Positions 27,892-38,400 of a stretch of 64,000 nucleotides of DNA are shown here, piece after piece. The stretch's first letter is position 1. The number at the start of each line of letters is the position of its first letter. The notes under the pieces were generated by a model. That model was given only the letters and a program-made list of their open reading frames with translations. It was not told where the DNA came from and searched no databases. Source of the stretch: an uncultured Bacteriovoracaceae bacterium (lineage in GTDB: Bacteria; Bdellovibrionota; Bacteriovoracia; Bacteriovoracales; Bacteriovoracaceae); NCBI GenBank assembly GCA_964012805.1, contig CAXGUD010000018.1, positions 1 to 64,000 of the forward strand, given 5' to 3'. Made by a program: the position numbers and the translations under genes.

Positions 27892-29179
27892 TAGTTCGGG
27901 TAAAGGACCTGAAAGGAGCTTTTCGGAGGCACTCAGGCTTAATAGAAGTGAAGCGGGTCTGCTTTATGTTCCTAAAGAGTTCCCTATTATAAGTGAAACG
28001 CCACCTTTATCGTCTTTATCTGATTTGGCCTTTTCCCTTTTTCACCCCTTTTTTAAAGGTGATATTTTAGAGCCCTACCTCGAGGGAATATGTAAGAGGG
28101 CCTTTAACTTTTCTGTTCCCTTAAAAAAACTAGATGAGTCGACTGATTTGTTAGAACTTTTTCACGGCCCAACCCATGCCTTCAAGGACATTGGAGCAAG
28201 GTTTTTAGCGGAATGTGAAGATAAGGTCATAGAGTTACAAGAACATGGGATGAATAAACTTGTCATGGTTGCTACAAGTGGTGATACAGGGGCAGCGGTA
28301 GCTTCTGCCTTTTATAAAAAGCCCTCTTTTAAAGTTCTTATTCTGTTTCCCAAAGGGCAAGTTTCCAAGAGGCAAAAGGCAAGCCTAACGAGATGGGAAG
28401 AGAATATTCTTTCTTTTGAAATAGAAGGAAGTTTTGATGACTGTCAAAATTTAGTTAAGCTTTTATTAGAAGATAAAGATATTAGAAAAAGGGTTGGAGT
28501 AACTTCTGCTAACAGTATAAATGTAGGGAGGATTCTCCCTCAAACACTTTACTATGCCTATGCTTCATTTATAAAGAAAAGAGAAACGGGAAAGAGGGCG
28601 AGTTTTATTATTCCAAGTGGAAATATGGGAAACTCCATCGCATGCTTTTGGGCAAGAGAAATGGGATGCCCTATAGACCGGATCTATTTAGCAACGAATG
28701 CCAATAAAACTGTTCCAAATTATTATGAGACCTTGACCTATCAACCTCAGTTATCAATCAGGACATTGGCCAATGCTATGGATGTTGGTGCCCCTAATAA
28801 CTTAGAAAGACTCCTTTCTCTTTACAAGGGAAAAGAAAGTTCTTTAAAGAAATCATCTAAGGCAATTAGTGTAAGTGATGAGGATATTAAAAAGACCATT
28901 TTAAAAAGGTTAGAAGTCGGTAATGAGGGATGGGGAGTTCTTCTTTGCCCTCATACCGCCACAGCAGCTTTTGTGAGAGGACTTTTTCCTGGTGATGATT
29001 TTATTCTTGTTGGAACGGCCCACCCATCAAAGTTTGATGATATTTTATCGCCTCTTCTAGGTGGGAAGGAATTGCCTTTGCCTTCAGGGTTAAAAACTTT
29101 GGTTGAAAGAACACCAAAGTTTAAAACCCTTCCTTCGAGTTTTGATAAGGTTAAACAGGCTCTTTTACAGGAGCTTTAG
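27881..29179 (+). CDS. thrC: Threonine synthase
   Basis: LELFHGPTHAFKD, ATSGDTG, SANSIN.GR, PSGNMGN, TAHP.KF; start moved to the ATG overlapping the thrB end. Confidence 0.95.
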   Translation: MWIDSSGKGPERSFSEALRLNRSEAGLLYVPKEFPIISETPPLSSLSDLAFSLFHPFFKGDILEPYLEGICKRAFNFSVPLKKLDESTDLLELFHGPTHAFKDIGARFLAECEDKVIELQEHGMNKLVMVATSGDTGAAVASAFYKKPSFKVLILFPKGQVSKRQKASLTRWEENILSFEIEGSFDDCQNLVKLLLEDKDIRKRVGVTSANSINVGRILPQTLYYAYASFIKKRETGKRASFIIPSGNMGNSIACFWAREMGCPIDRIYLATNANKTVPNYYETLTYQPQLSIRTLANAMDVGAPNNLERLLSLYKGKESSLKKSSKAISVSDEDIKKTILKRLEVGNEGWGVLLCPHTATAAFVRGLFPGDDFILVGTAHPSKFDDILSPLLGGKELPLPSGLKTLVERTPKFKTLPSSFDKVKQALLQEL

Positions 29180-31124
29180 CTTTTTCTTTTTTTAAAGGAA
29201 AAGCCTTTTTATTATGAGAGGGTTGAGGTTTTTTTGTTTCGATCTTTTTTCCCTTTTCCTTTTTTTCGAGACTTTTGTGTTCGTTAAAAGGGTGGTCTTT
29301 AGAAACTTCACCTACATTGTCATCCTCTTTATCATTAAATGTCTGCCAGTCTTTAGCAATGGGCGCATAAATAAGGTGTGCTGGTATTCCGAAGCCATCA
29401 AGAAGTTCCTCTAACCTTTCTCCAAGATCTTTGCATCCTTTGGCAATTTTAGCTTCAAGCTTTTTGACAGAACTAGCGTTAAGGATGCCTTCCTTTAAAT
29501 ACCAGCTAAGGTGTTTTTTAATTAAAATGCAGCCATAGAGATTATAAACCTTTTCTAAAAGAGGATTATTTTGTTCCTTACAAATATGAGAAAAGTTTTC
29601 AAGAACAAAACGCTCTCCATAAGAAAGGGCAACATCTTGAACGAGGTCAGATTCTTCAGTCATCCACCTCTGGAAAATTTCTTCTTTTCCTTTGGCCTTT
29701 TGCATTTTTAAAGCTAGCTGACTTAAAACTCTTTTCTCTCTGGTTCTTACAAGGGAAAGAGGTTTAGAGAGAGAAATAAGCCTTGTAATGGCACCAGGTA
29801 CAAAAGAAAGAGATGTTTCTTTAATCACTTCTTGAATTGTCGTTTCTTCTAGCAGCTCCTTTGCAACTTTTTGCATAAGAACACTGTTATCGCCTTCCGC
29901 TGTGATACCAGCGTGTGCTCCGGCAATAGCTTCACCAAAACGGTTGCAGGCCAAGTATCCTTGACCACCACAACGCTCTCGGCCAATGGTTGCTGTATTT
30001 TCCGCATGCCAAGTTACCATAGGCTTGATCACACAGCACATTTTGATAAGGTCTTTACTCGTTTCTTTTTCAGCATTTTCTTCTGTTTGGAGTTGGGCAA
30101 AATTATTTTTAACTTTATTCAGTCCCAGCGTAAGGGCATAAGTTTCAGCAAGTAGAGGCATCAGTGCCTTTTGCTGGAGTTGGTATACCATAAGAGGGGC
30201 TGAACTTGTTCCGTCGGAGTTGACCCCTAGTCTTGATTGAGAGTAGCGTATCGTATTGTATAATGTGCTTCTGCATGCAGCAATTGTCATAGAAGCAATA
30301 CAAACACGGCCACTTAAAAGTTGATCGGCCATCTTAATGAAGCGTGACCTCTTCCCTTTTATAGAGCTTGAAAACTCACCTTTTTCGTTAACTTGTGAAA
30401 AAGCATCGAGAAGGTTTTCTCTAGGAACTCTTACATCCTTAAACCATAAGCGGGCGTTATCAACGCCATTAAGGCCAATTTTGTAACCCATGTCTTGTAT
30501 GGTTACACCTGGTCGGACTTTAAGGTCCTTACCCCTGATGGGAACAAGAAACCCGTGAACTCCATAACCTTCCCCTTTAATAATAAGCTGGGCAAAAACA
30601 ATGGCATAGTGGGCGTGGCAAAAGCCATTTGTAATCCAGTACTTTTGAGAAAGAGTACTTGGGGAATGGATGATAAATTCATCTGTTTTCTCATCAAATG
30701 TTGCAGTCGTTTCCATTTCAACTGCATTATTACCGTAACCTAATTCTGTTAAACCAAAGCACCCAACATCATCTAAAGCACTGATGCCATCTAAAATGGG
30801 TTTAAAAGCAGGCTTGTTACCAAACTTAAGGAGGGTTCCTCCAAAGAGGTTCATTTGAACTGTAAGTTTTGTGGCAACAGATCCATCACAAAGACCAAGT
30901 ATTTCATGAGCGGCAAAAATTCTCCGTGGGTCGGTTTGGAAATCATAAACACTGACATGCCCTTCCCCTAAAAACTTTTTAAGCCTTTGGTAGGCAAGCT
31001 CCCGTTCCTCATCAAGGCTTAAGTTATAGAGCGGTTTAAAGACAGGGTCTTTAAGAGTTTGCTTCATTTTTGCCCTGAGGTCATGGTTATCATTTTCAAG
31101 AATGTGAGAAAGCGGTGATGTCAT
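29151..31124 (-). CDS. Acyl-CoA oxidase-like flavoprotein
   Basis: GCFGLTELGYGNN..ETTATFD, KYWI, K.GLNGVDN, RERCGGQGY, TAEGDN; 657 aa. Confidence 0.85.
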   Translation of the reverse strand: MTSPLSHILENDNHDLRAKMKQTLKDPVFKPLYNLSLDEERELAYQRLKKFLGEGHVSVYDFQTDPRRIFAAHEILGLCDGSVATKLTVQMNLFGGTLLKFGNKPAFKPILDGISALDDVGCFGLTELGYGNNAVEMETTATFDEKTDEFIIHSPSTLSQKYWITNGFCHAHYAIVFAQLIIKGEGYGVHGFLVPIRGKDLKVRPGVTIQDMGYKIGLNGVDNARLWFKDVRVPRENLLDAFSQVNEKGEFSSSIKGKRSRFIKMADQLLSGRVCIASMTIAACRSTLYNTIRYSQSRLGVNSDGTSSAPLMVYQLQQKALMPLLAETYALTLGLNKVKNNFAQLQTEENAEKETSKDLIKMCCVIKPMVTWHAENTATIGRERCGGQGYLACNRFGEAIAGAHAGITAEGDNSVLMQKVAKELLEETTIQEVIKETSLSFVPGAITRLISLSKPLSLVRTREKRVLSQLALKMQKAKGKEEIFQRWMTEESDLVQDVALSYGERFVLENFSHICKEQNNPLLEKVYNLYGCILIKKHLSWYLKEGILNASSVKKLEAKIAKGCKDLGERLEELLDGFGIPAHLIYAPIAKDWQTFNDKEDDNVGEVSKDHPFNEHKSLEKKEKGKKIETKKPQPSHNKKAFPLKKEKAKAPVKEPV

Positions 31125-31337
31125 GATGGGTCCTTTAAAGTATTGTAAATTAGTCAGTTATGTCTTTTCATTGTATAGAAAGTTATATCTGTGGGCAATG
31201 GCCTAAACTTTAAAAAGTGCTGAAGAACCCTTTTTAAATATTGTTTGAAGCGGAATCATGAATTACCGCCTGGCAATGTGTCGTGAACTAGCTTAGTCTT
31301 TTTAGAAAAGTTTAGAATTTTATTAAGGGGAATAGCT

Positions 31338-32012
31338 ATGAAATTTGGTTACTTAGCGTCTTATTCATTCAGAGTGATGAATGTTTTTCTTCTTTTATTT
31401 ATAGCTCAAACGACTTTTTCTATGGGAGAGGGAAGAGCCGCTGAAAAGTGGAAAAAAATTAATGATGAGGAGGGTGTTGAGGTTTTTTCTCGAGATGTTG
31501 AAGGAACCCCCTTAGTGGCCTTTAAGGGAATCACTGATTTTGATGAGCCCATAGAAAAAATAATGTGGGTTCTAAAGGATGAGAAGAGAAGAAAGGATTG
31601 GGTTGCACGTTATTTAAAAGGGGCAACCCTTGAAAAAAGGGGCCCTTTTGAACAGGTCAATTACCAAGCGGTGACGGCTCCATGGCCTGTTAGCAATAGA
31701 GATATGATTTATTTGTGGAAGGCCAATAGACTTTCTAATGGGGATATCCAAATTGAGCTAAAGTCTGTTGATTATCCTAATGGACCTGACACAGTTGGCG
31801 TTAGAATGAAACTTCACTTTAGTCGGTTTATATTAAATAAAAAGCCTAATGGAGGGACCCGTGTCACTCTTGAAATCCTCTCTGATCCTATGGGGTTGAT
31901 TCCAAAATGGGTTGTTAATATGATTCAAAAAAACTATCCTGTTAAATTTTTCAGGGCCCTCAAAAAACAGGTCAAAAAGCCTTTCGTTAAAAAAGGTGCA
32001 CTACCTAAATAG
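31338..32012 (+). CDS. Secreted START-domain lipid-binding protein
   Basis: Signal peptide; W.....EGV.V, APWPVSNRD, DP.G.IP.W.VN. Confidence 0.85.
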   Translation: MKFGYLASYSFRVMNVFLLLFIAQTTFSMGEGRAAEKWKKINDEEGVEVFSRDVEGTPLVAFKGITDFDEPIEKIMWVLKDEKRRKDWVARYLKGATLEKRGPFEQVNYQAVTAPWPVSNRDMIYLWKANRLSNGDIQIELKSVDYPNGPDTVGVRMKLHFSRFILNKKPNGGTRVTLEILSDPMGLIPKWVVNMIQKNYPVKFFRALKKQVKKPFVKKGALPK

Positions 32013-32045
32013 ATTGGGGGTCTTAACAAAGCACTAGGTGGCATT

Positions 32046-32984
32046 GTGAACAATGAAGATCTCCCCCCCTTGTTATTAAGCGCTCCTTATAGAAGTAAAA
32101 TTTTATACACTCTTTTATTGATTGGCTTTTTTTGGCTTTTAAAAGAAGGAGCTGCTTATCTCATTAATAATAAGTTTAAGGACAAAAAGTCTCATTACCA
32201 CCTCCTGAGAGTGACAGACTACTTTTTTTGGTTTTTGAAAATTATCTTCGTGGGAAGCCTGTGGTTTCATGGTTTAGGCCCTTTAAGCACTTTTTTTGGG
32301 TTGGCCACAGCAGGGATTGCCGTCACTTTTCGGGACCCTCTTTTAAACTTAATGGGTTGGTTTACGATACTCTGGAAGCACCCCTTTTCTGTAGGGGACC
32401 GTATAGAAGTTATGGGCATTAAGGGCGATGTCATTGACATAAATATTTTTGAATTTACAGTTATGGAAATAGGTGAGTGGGTAGGAGCTGATCAAAGAAC
32501 CGGACGCGTTTCCTATATTCCAAATTCAACTATTTTTAGAGAAGCTCAAAAGAATTTTGACCGCCCGTATCCATATATATGGGATGAGGTGAAAGTGACT
32601 CTCACATTTAAGAGTAACTGGAAAAAGGCCAAGGAGCTTTTTTTCAGTGCCCTTTTGGGTTGTACAGACTCTTTTTCGAAGGAAGAAATTGAATCTTTTG
32701 AAAAGAGCAATCATGATTTTTATTTTTCTATCGAGGATCCTCGTCCTTCAGTATTTGCTTCTCTGGACGATAAAGGTGTCGTGCTTATCCTTCGCTACGT
32801 TACCGACCCCCGAAAAAGGCGTAAGGTTCATGATGCCTTAATAGAAAAGGTTCTTATAATTATAGAGGAAGAAGAAGACCTTCACTTTGCTTTTCCGTCT
32901 CAGAATTTTATTGTTTCCGAAACGCCTCCTTTTGATTTCAAAAAGAAACCAACTGATCCCTTGCATTCAAAAAACTTGAGTTGA
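32046..32984 (+). CDS. Small-conductance mechanosensitive channel (MscS family)
   Basis: Three TM segments; PFSVGDRIE...GDV.DI; IPNS. Confidence 0.9.
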   Translation: MNNEDLPPLLLSAPYRSKILYTLLLIGFFWLLKEGAAYLINNKFKDKKSHYHLLRVTDYFFWFLKIIFVGSLWFHGLGPLSTFFGLATAGIAVTFRDPLLNLMGWFTILWKHPFSVGDRIEVMGIKGDVIDINIFEFTVMEIGEWVGADQRTGRVSYIPNSTIFREAQKNFDRPYPYIWDEVKVTLTFKSNWKKAKELFFSALLGCTDSFSKEEIESFEKSNHDFYFSIEDPRPSVFASLDDKGVVLILRYVTDPRKRRKVHDALIEKVLIIIEEEEDLHFAFPSQNFIVSETPPFDFKKKPTDPLHSKNLS

Positions 32985-33009
32985 TCCCGTTTACCGGACC
33001 TAATAGAAT
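32981..33009 (+). promoter_or_regulatory. Putative sigma70 promoter of the 447-aa secreted protein gene
   Basis: TTGATC-N17-TAGAAT. Confidence 0.5.
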
Positions 33010-33063
33010 GTGGTACCTTCTCCGGCAGTTGAATTTCTTATTAATTAATGAAACAAAAAAAGG

Positions 33064-34407
33064 ATGGTAGAAATGAAAGCATTATTAGTTTTTGCCTTGA
33101 GTTGCCTTGTTGTAGGAAATCTTGCAGCGAGCTCTCGAGTTATTAAGGACAACCGTTTGAATGACAGAGGAAGAACTCCTTCGCTTGGGAGAGGATACTC
33201 TGTTACGACTAACACTCTTCAATCTCTATGTTACAAAAACGTAGATGTCACTATTCCTAGTTATGATCTTCAGTATACATTTGAAGATATTGAAGAAGGT
33301 TGGCAGTCAAATTATTCTTATGATGTTTCTGCTAAAGCAAGTTATAGCTACTGGTTTTTAAGTGCGAACGTTTCGGCCCATTCAACTGGTTCTGGTGAAA
33401 ATAAGAGGTTCTACCATTACATTTACGCCAAAATTGACCTGGAGAGTTATTATAACTCATTGAATGAAGCAACCTCTGAAATGAGTGACTCTGCTATTAA
33501 ACTTCTTCAGGAAAAAGATGTGGTCGGTTTCTTTGATGCTTGTGGTCCATACTATGTAAGGTCTATTGGAAGGCATTCGTCCTTTTTGGCCCTTTTAAGA
33601 TATGAAACTGAGTCAAGCAAAAGAGATGCAACATACGAAGCTAGCCTTAAAGCTCAATTGAGAGGTTTTGGTTCTAGTGGCTCTATTGAAGTTGACGCTA
33701 AGTATTCAAATTCATCTGAGCATCAAAAAAAGAAGCTTAATATAACCGTTTGGGCACAAGGCCTTGGGAAAGATAAGCTTGCGAGCCTTCTTCCAACAGA
33801 TATCGAGTCTTTTAAAAAGACAGTTCAAGATTCAATTTTAACAATGCAAGATGCCAATACTGGAATCATAACGAGCATGGAAATTGTTCCCTGGATTGAA
33901 AACACAGACTTTCAACAGTACTTAAAGTTAGAAAAAGAGCAGGAAAGACTAAAGTACAAAGAAAAGAAAACATTAATGGCAAACTCTGAAATTATTGCTG
34001 AAATTGATAGAATTGACCGTGGTCAGATGGATAATTACTATCAAATGAGAAACTGTCATAATGCTTTGAGTGACCAATTTCCAAAAAAAGGTCAGTCAGA
34101 GATGGGCTACGACTATAGCAAAACGTTTATTAAAGACCTTATTGAACCAGGTAATCAAAGTAAGGAAAAGACACTCGCTCAACTAGAAGAAATTGTAAAC
34201 GACTCCGCTCAAAAATTAATCCTCGATACAAATGATGCTTTTATCGAAAAGGCAACTCAATGTGTGGATATGATTCATGAAAGCGGAATTGAAAGGACTC
34301 ATTACAGGGAGCATCAGCCTTGTAATGATGTTAAAAAAGAGACAGTACTTCCTTACTTGGTTTTAGACCATTTTTGTATGCCAGAATTTTCAAGAGTCGC
34401 TGAATAA
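33064..34407 (+). CDS. Secreted protein with MACPF/CDC-like architecture
   Basis: Signal peptide; LGRGYS; FFDACGPYYVRSI; two Ser/Ala/Gly-rich alternating segments; Cys-containing helical tail. ORF certain, family inferred. Confidence 0.55.
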   Translation: MVEMKALLVFALSCLVVGNLAASSRVIKDNRLNDRGRTPSLGRGYSVTTNTLQSLCYKNVDVTIPSYDLQYTFEDIEEGWQSNYSYDVSAKASYSYWFLSANVSAHSTGSGENKRFYHYIYAKIDLESYYNSLNEATSEMSDSAIKLLQEKDVVGFFDACGPYYVRSIGRHSSFLALLRYETESSKRDATYEASLKAQLRGFGSSGSIEVDAKYSNSSEHQKKKLNITVWAQGLGKDKLASLLPTDIESFKKTVQDSILTMQDANTGIITSMEIVPWIENTDFQQYLKLEKEQERLKYKEKKTLMANSEIIAEIDRIDRGQMDNYYQMRNCHNALSDQFPKKGQSEMGYDYSKTFIKDLIEPGNQSKEKTLAQLEEIVNDSAQKLILDTNDAFIEKATQCVDMIHESGIERTHYREHQPCNDVKKETVLPYLVLDHFCMPEFSRVAE

Positions 34408-34418
34408 TATTGACTATT

Positions 34419-34449
34419 GAGACCCCTTTTAAAAAGGGGTCTCTTTTTT
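34419..34449 (+). terminator. Intrinsic terminator
   Basis: GAGACCCCTTT-TAA-AAAGGGGTCTC followed by T6, 11 nt after the stop codon. Confidence 0.85.
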
Positions 34450-34459
34450 AATTTTAAGT

Positions 34460-34888
34460 ATGAAAAATTTAAATACAGAAAACTTTGAAGTATGTATGGC
34501 CTTAGAAAAAGGCCTTTTTCTTTTGTCTTTTTCGTCAGCGACCTGTGGTCCTTGCCGCTCAATGGAGCCTGTTTTTCTGGAATTAGAAAAAGCAAACCCG
34601 AAAATTTCTCTTTATAAGATAAGTGTAGAAGAGTCTCCTGAGCTTGCCACCCACTTTGGAGTGAGAGGGGTTCCTCACATTTCTTTTTGCGAAGGAAGAG
34701 AAGTTCTTTACGAGTTTACTGGTTTAACACCCTTAAATGACCTTCAGTATGTGGTTGACCATATAGATGACACTCATTTCAGACTTTATGGGGACTTCAA
34801 GAAATTGGAAAAAAAGACAGACTGGACATTCATCCTAAGCATCGGCTTAATAGTCGCCGTTTTTGCGGGGCTTTTCATTTTTACCTGA
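34460..34888 (+). CDS. Thioredoxin-family protein with C-terminal membrane anchor
   Basis: CGPC active site, GVRGVP cis-Pro loop, hydrophobic C-terminal helix. Confidence 0.85.
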   Translation: MKNLNTENFEVCMALEKGLFLLSFSSATCGPCRSMEPVFLELEKANPKISLYKISVEESPELATHFGVRGVPHISFCEGREVLYEFTGLTPLNDLQYVVDHIDDTHFRLYGDFKKLEKKTDWTFILSIGLIVAVFAGLFIFT

Positions 34889-34891
34889 AAA

Positions 34892-35332
34892 CTACTTTAA
34901 AATACCAAATCTTTGGATTTCTTTTAAAATCTTTGATCTTTTGATCATGCCTTTATAAAAGCCGTCTCTTATAACTGGGTAAGATTGGTAATTATTTAAT
35001 ATAAAAAGCTCAATAACATCAAAAAGATCTGTTTCTTCAGAGAGAACAATGAGGTTTGTACTCATATAATCTTCTACTTTACCTGGTGGCAAACTATTAT
35101 ATTTGGCATCGAAGGCGTGCTTTAGACAATCTTTCTCTGAGAGTAGTCCTAAAAGTCTACCTTCTTCATCTAAAACAGGTGCCCCATGGGATTCACTTTC
35201 TTTATTTAAAAGTTCCATGGCCTTGTAGATATCTTGATGAGGTTTCAAGGTGAGGCTCTTTTTTTCAATGATGTTTTGGATTGGGAAGCGTTTTGGTCTA
35301 TTTTCTTGGTTCTGGTAAAGATTAGAATCCAT
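34892..35332 (-). CDS. CBS-domain pair protein
   Basis: GAPVLD..G.L.G.LSEKD..V.DYM..YPV. Confidence 0.9.
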   Translation of the reverse strand: MDSNLYQNQENRPKRFPIQNIIEKKSLTLKPHQDIYKAMELLNKESESHGAPVLDEEGRLLGLLSEKDCLKHAFDAKYNSLPPGKVEDYMSTNLIVLSEETDLFDVIELFILNNYQSYPVIRDGFYKGMIKRSKILKEIQRFGILK

Positions 35333-35485
35333 TCAATCTCCTTGTTTTCAATCCTAGAAGAATCAAAAGGTTTTTAAGCATCATTATTACTATTATGAAG
35401 TAAAGTGAAAAAATAGAAAGGGTAGAAAAGTTAGGTTTTTATAAAAAATAAGTTGAGTGAATCAGTCTTTGAAAGAAAACTCTTA

Positions 35486-38400
35486 TCAGGATGCTCGAAA
35501 TAGTTTCTTTAGATCCTCTCCGATGGCATAAGATACCGGAATAAGGACAAGTATCATTGGAGTTCCAAAGAGTATTCCATACCCCATGGAAATCGCCATT
35601 GGTGAAAGAAACATGTCTATTCCACCAACTCCCAGGCCAAGTGGAAGGAGACCTGCAACAGTTGTAAGAGTTGTTAAGATAACAGCTTTAAGCCTTTCAG
35701 AAACTCCGAAGGCTATGGCCTCCTTTAAATTTCCTTTTTTCTCTCTGGCCCTGTTAATAGCATCAATGACAACAAGACTGTCATTGACAACAACTCCAAA
35801 CATACCTACCGTTCCAAGTCCTGCAAACATACTAAAGGCTTGATCATGAACAGTGAAAGCAAAGATAACCCCAATAATGCCCATGGGTATAGAAAGGATG
35901 ACATAAAAGGGTTGTAGATAGGATTGGAAAAGGAGTGCCATAAGAAGGTAAATAAGAAGAAGGCTGGCAAGGGCCGATTTTTTCAAGTCAATAACGGAAT
36001 TTTGCGTGTCTTTGACTTCACCGCCAAAATCAAGAGAAAGCTCTGAGTCTTTCTGTTCAAACTTTTTTATAACTTTTTGCTGAACCTCTATGGGTGAAAG
36101 TTTTTTAAGATCCAGCCTTGTTGCCAAGATTGTTGTAAAGGGAGAGCCATTATAATGTTGGACAAAAGGAACTGAGTTTATTTTTTCAAAACGGGCAAAT
36201 TGACCAATTTCTATTTCTTTTCCTCGCTGGTTTCTAACCCTTAAATCTAAAATGGATCTTTCACTTTTAAACTCTTCATTGAGTTCCATTTTAAATTCCA
36301 CTTTTTTATTATTAATGGTCACGTTTTGAGAACTGTCTCCAATTAAACCTACTTGGAGAGTTCGAACGAGCATATCACTGGAAATACCTAGCCTCTCCAT
36401 AAGAGGTTTATTTAATTTTAGTCGGTACTCTTTTTTAAGGTCAGTGGATGAATTCCAGAACCCTGAAACACCATCGAGTGTTTTAATATAATCCTCAATT
36501 TCTTTGGCGAGTCTATCTCTTTTTTCATTATCTTTACCAATTACTCTAATATTAACTGGAAAACCTACAGGGGGGCCATTTGTTACCATGAGGTACCGTG
36601 AAGATGTTATATCCCTTTTATTCTCCGAAAGAAATTTTTTAACATCTTCTGCAATTTTGTCTTTTACTTGCCTCGCTGTAAGAGTTCTTGACTCTTGGGC
36701 CGCTAAATCAATTCGAACACTCGCGACATTAGGCGAAGGGTTCTCAAACATTTGCTCTCTAAAAAGGCCTGATTGAAGGTCATAACTTTCAATATTATTG
36801 GGCCTGTATTTGTCTAAAATTTTGGGAAGAAATTTAATTTGTTCATGGATTCCTTCAAGCTTAACTTTTTTATCAAAATCAAAATTAATAATAATACCTT
36901 CTGCATTATCATCAGGGAAAAGAACAAATTTTAAACGCTTGTTCGCTAATTCAAGAGATAAATAAAAAAGCAGAAGGAAAAAAATGGCAAAGATGTATCT
37001 AAACTTAATTGCCTTTTCTATAAATTTTTGAAGAACTTTTTCAAAAGGCCTTAATATTTTTTCAATGAGAGGTTCCTTCTTTTGATTCTTTTCATTAAGC
37101 CCTGAGTAGATATGGTAAGGGAGGATAAAAGTACATTCTAGTAATGAAAAGATAAGGGCTAGGGAAATTGTCCAGGGGACAATATAAACAAACTTTCCAA
37201 TAGAGCCGGTCATATAAAAAAGAGGAGCAAAGGCAAGAAATGTGGAAACAAGAGTTGTTAGAACTGGCTTAAAAACTTCGGCCACTCCATCTATCGTTGC
37301 TGTAAGTTTATCTTTACCGTATTCATGAAAATGTTTGTGGATGGATTCAGCAATAATTATAGCATCATCGACTATAATTCCGGTTGTTAAAATCATTGCG
37401 GCCATAGAAAGCGAGTCAAGGACATACCCTTTAAAGCTCATAAACGACAGGACACCAAAAAGAGTAAAAGGAACTCCAACGGCCACCCAAAAGGAGATAT
37501 TAAAGTTGAGAAATATTAAAAGAGAAATACAAACGAGAGTAATACCAACCGCGGCGTTAGTTCTTACGATTTGAAAACGGTTTTTAATATGTTTACCTCT
37601 TTCTCCAAGGTATTCAACCTTAATTTTTTTATCAGGATTAAGCGCCATTTCTTTTTTTATTAAATCTTTAACATCTTGTGTGAGGTTAATAATGTCACTA
37701 CCACCAGTTTTCAAAACTCCAAAAAAAACACCTTCTTTTCCATTTGGGTAGGCATATTTAGTTTCTTTTTTGTACCCTAAATAGACCTTAGCAAGGTGTT
37801 TGAGCTTAACACTTTTTCCTGAAAAATTAGACCTGACGGTTAAGTTTTTTAATTTTCCTACAGAATTAATTTTTTCATTAAAAATTATATTAGTGTAGTC
37901 ACCGCCATTCTCAACCCTACCGAGGTAAGATCTAAGGTTTTCTCTCGATAGCTTGTCAAAGATATCAAGAGTTGTAACGTTCAGCTGTTTGAGCTTATTA
38001 ACATCTAATAAAATTTTAAACTCTTCGTCCGGGATACCTAAAGAAATGACTTCCTGAATTTTTTTTAAACTTTCTATTTTATCTTTTAGTTTTAAAGAGA
38101 AGTTCCTTAAAAATTCTTTATCTTCTGAATAAAGACCAACTTTTAAAAAGGGCATACTTGAAAAACTTGGTTCTTCAATTGTCGGAGCTGCTTTCATTTC
38201 TTTAGGAAAGTCAGTAATGCTATTAACTTTTTCCCTAATTTTATCTTTTACTTTTTCAAGATCACTCCTTTGTAGATCCAACCAAATAACAACTCTAGCG
38301 TATCCTTCGTAGATTATAGAAATATAGCGAGTTATACCCTCTATATCTTTGAGTTTATCTTCAACTTTATTAGCAATTTTAATTTCCATTTCTTGAGTAC

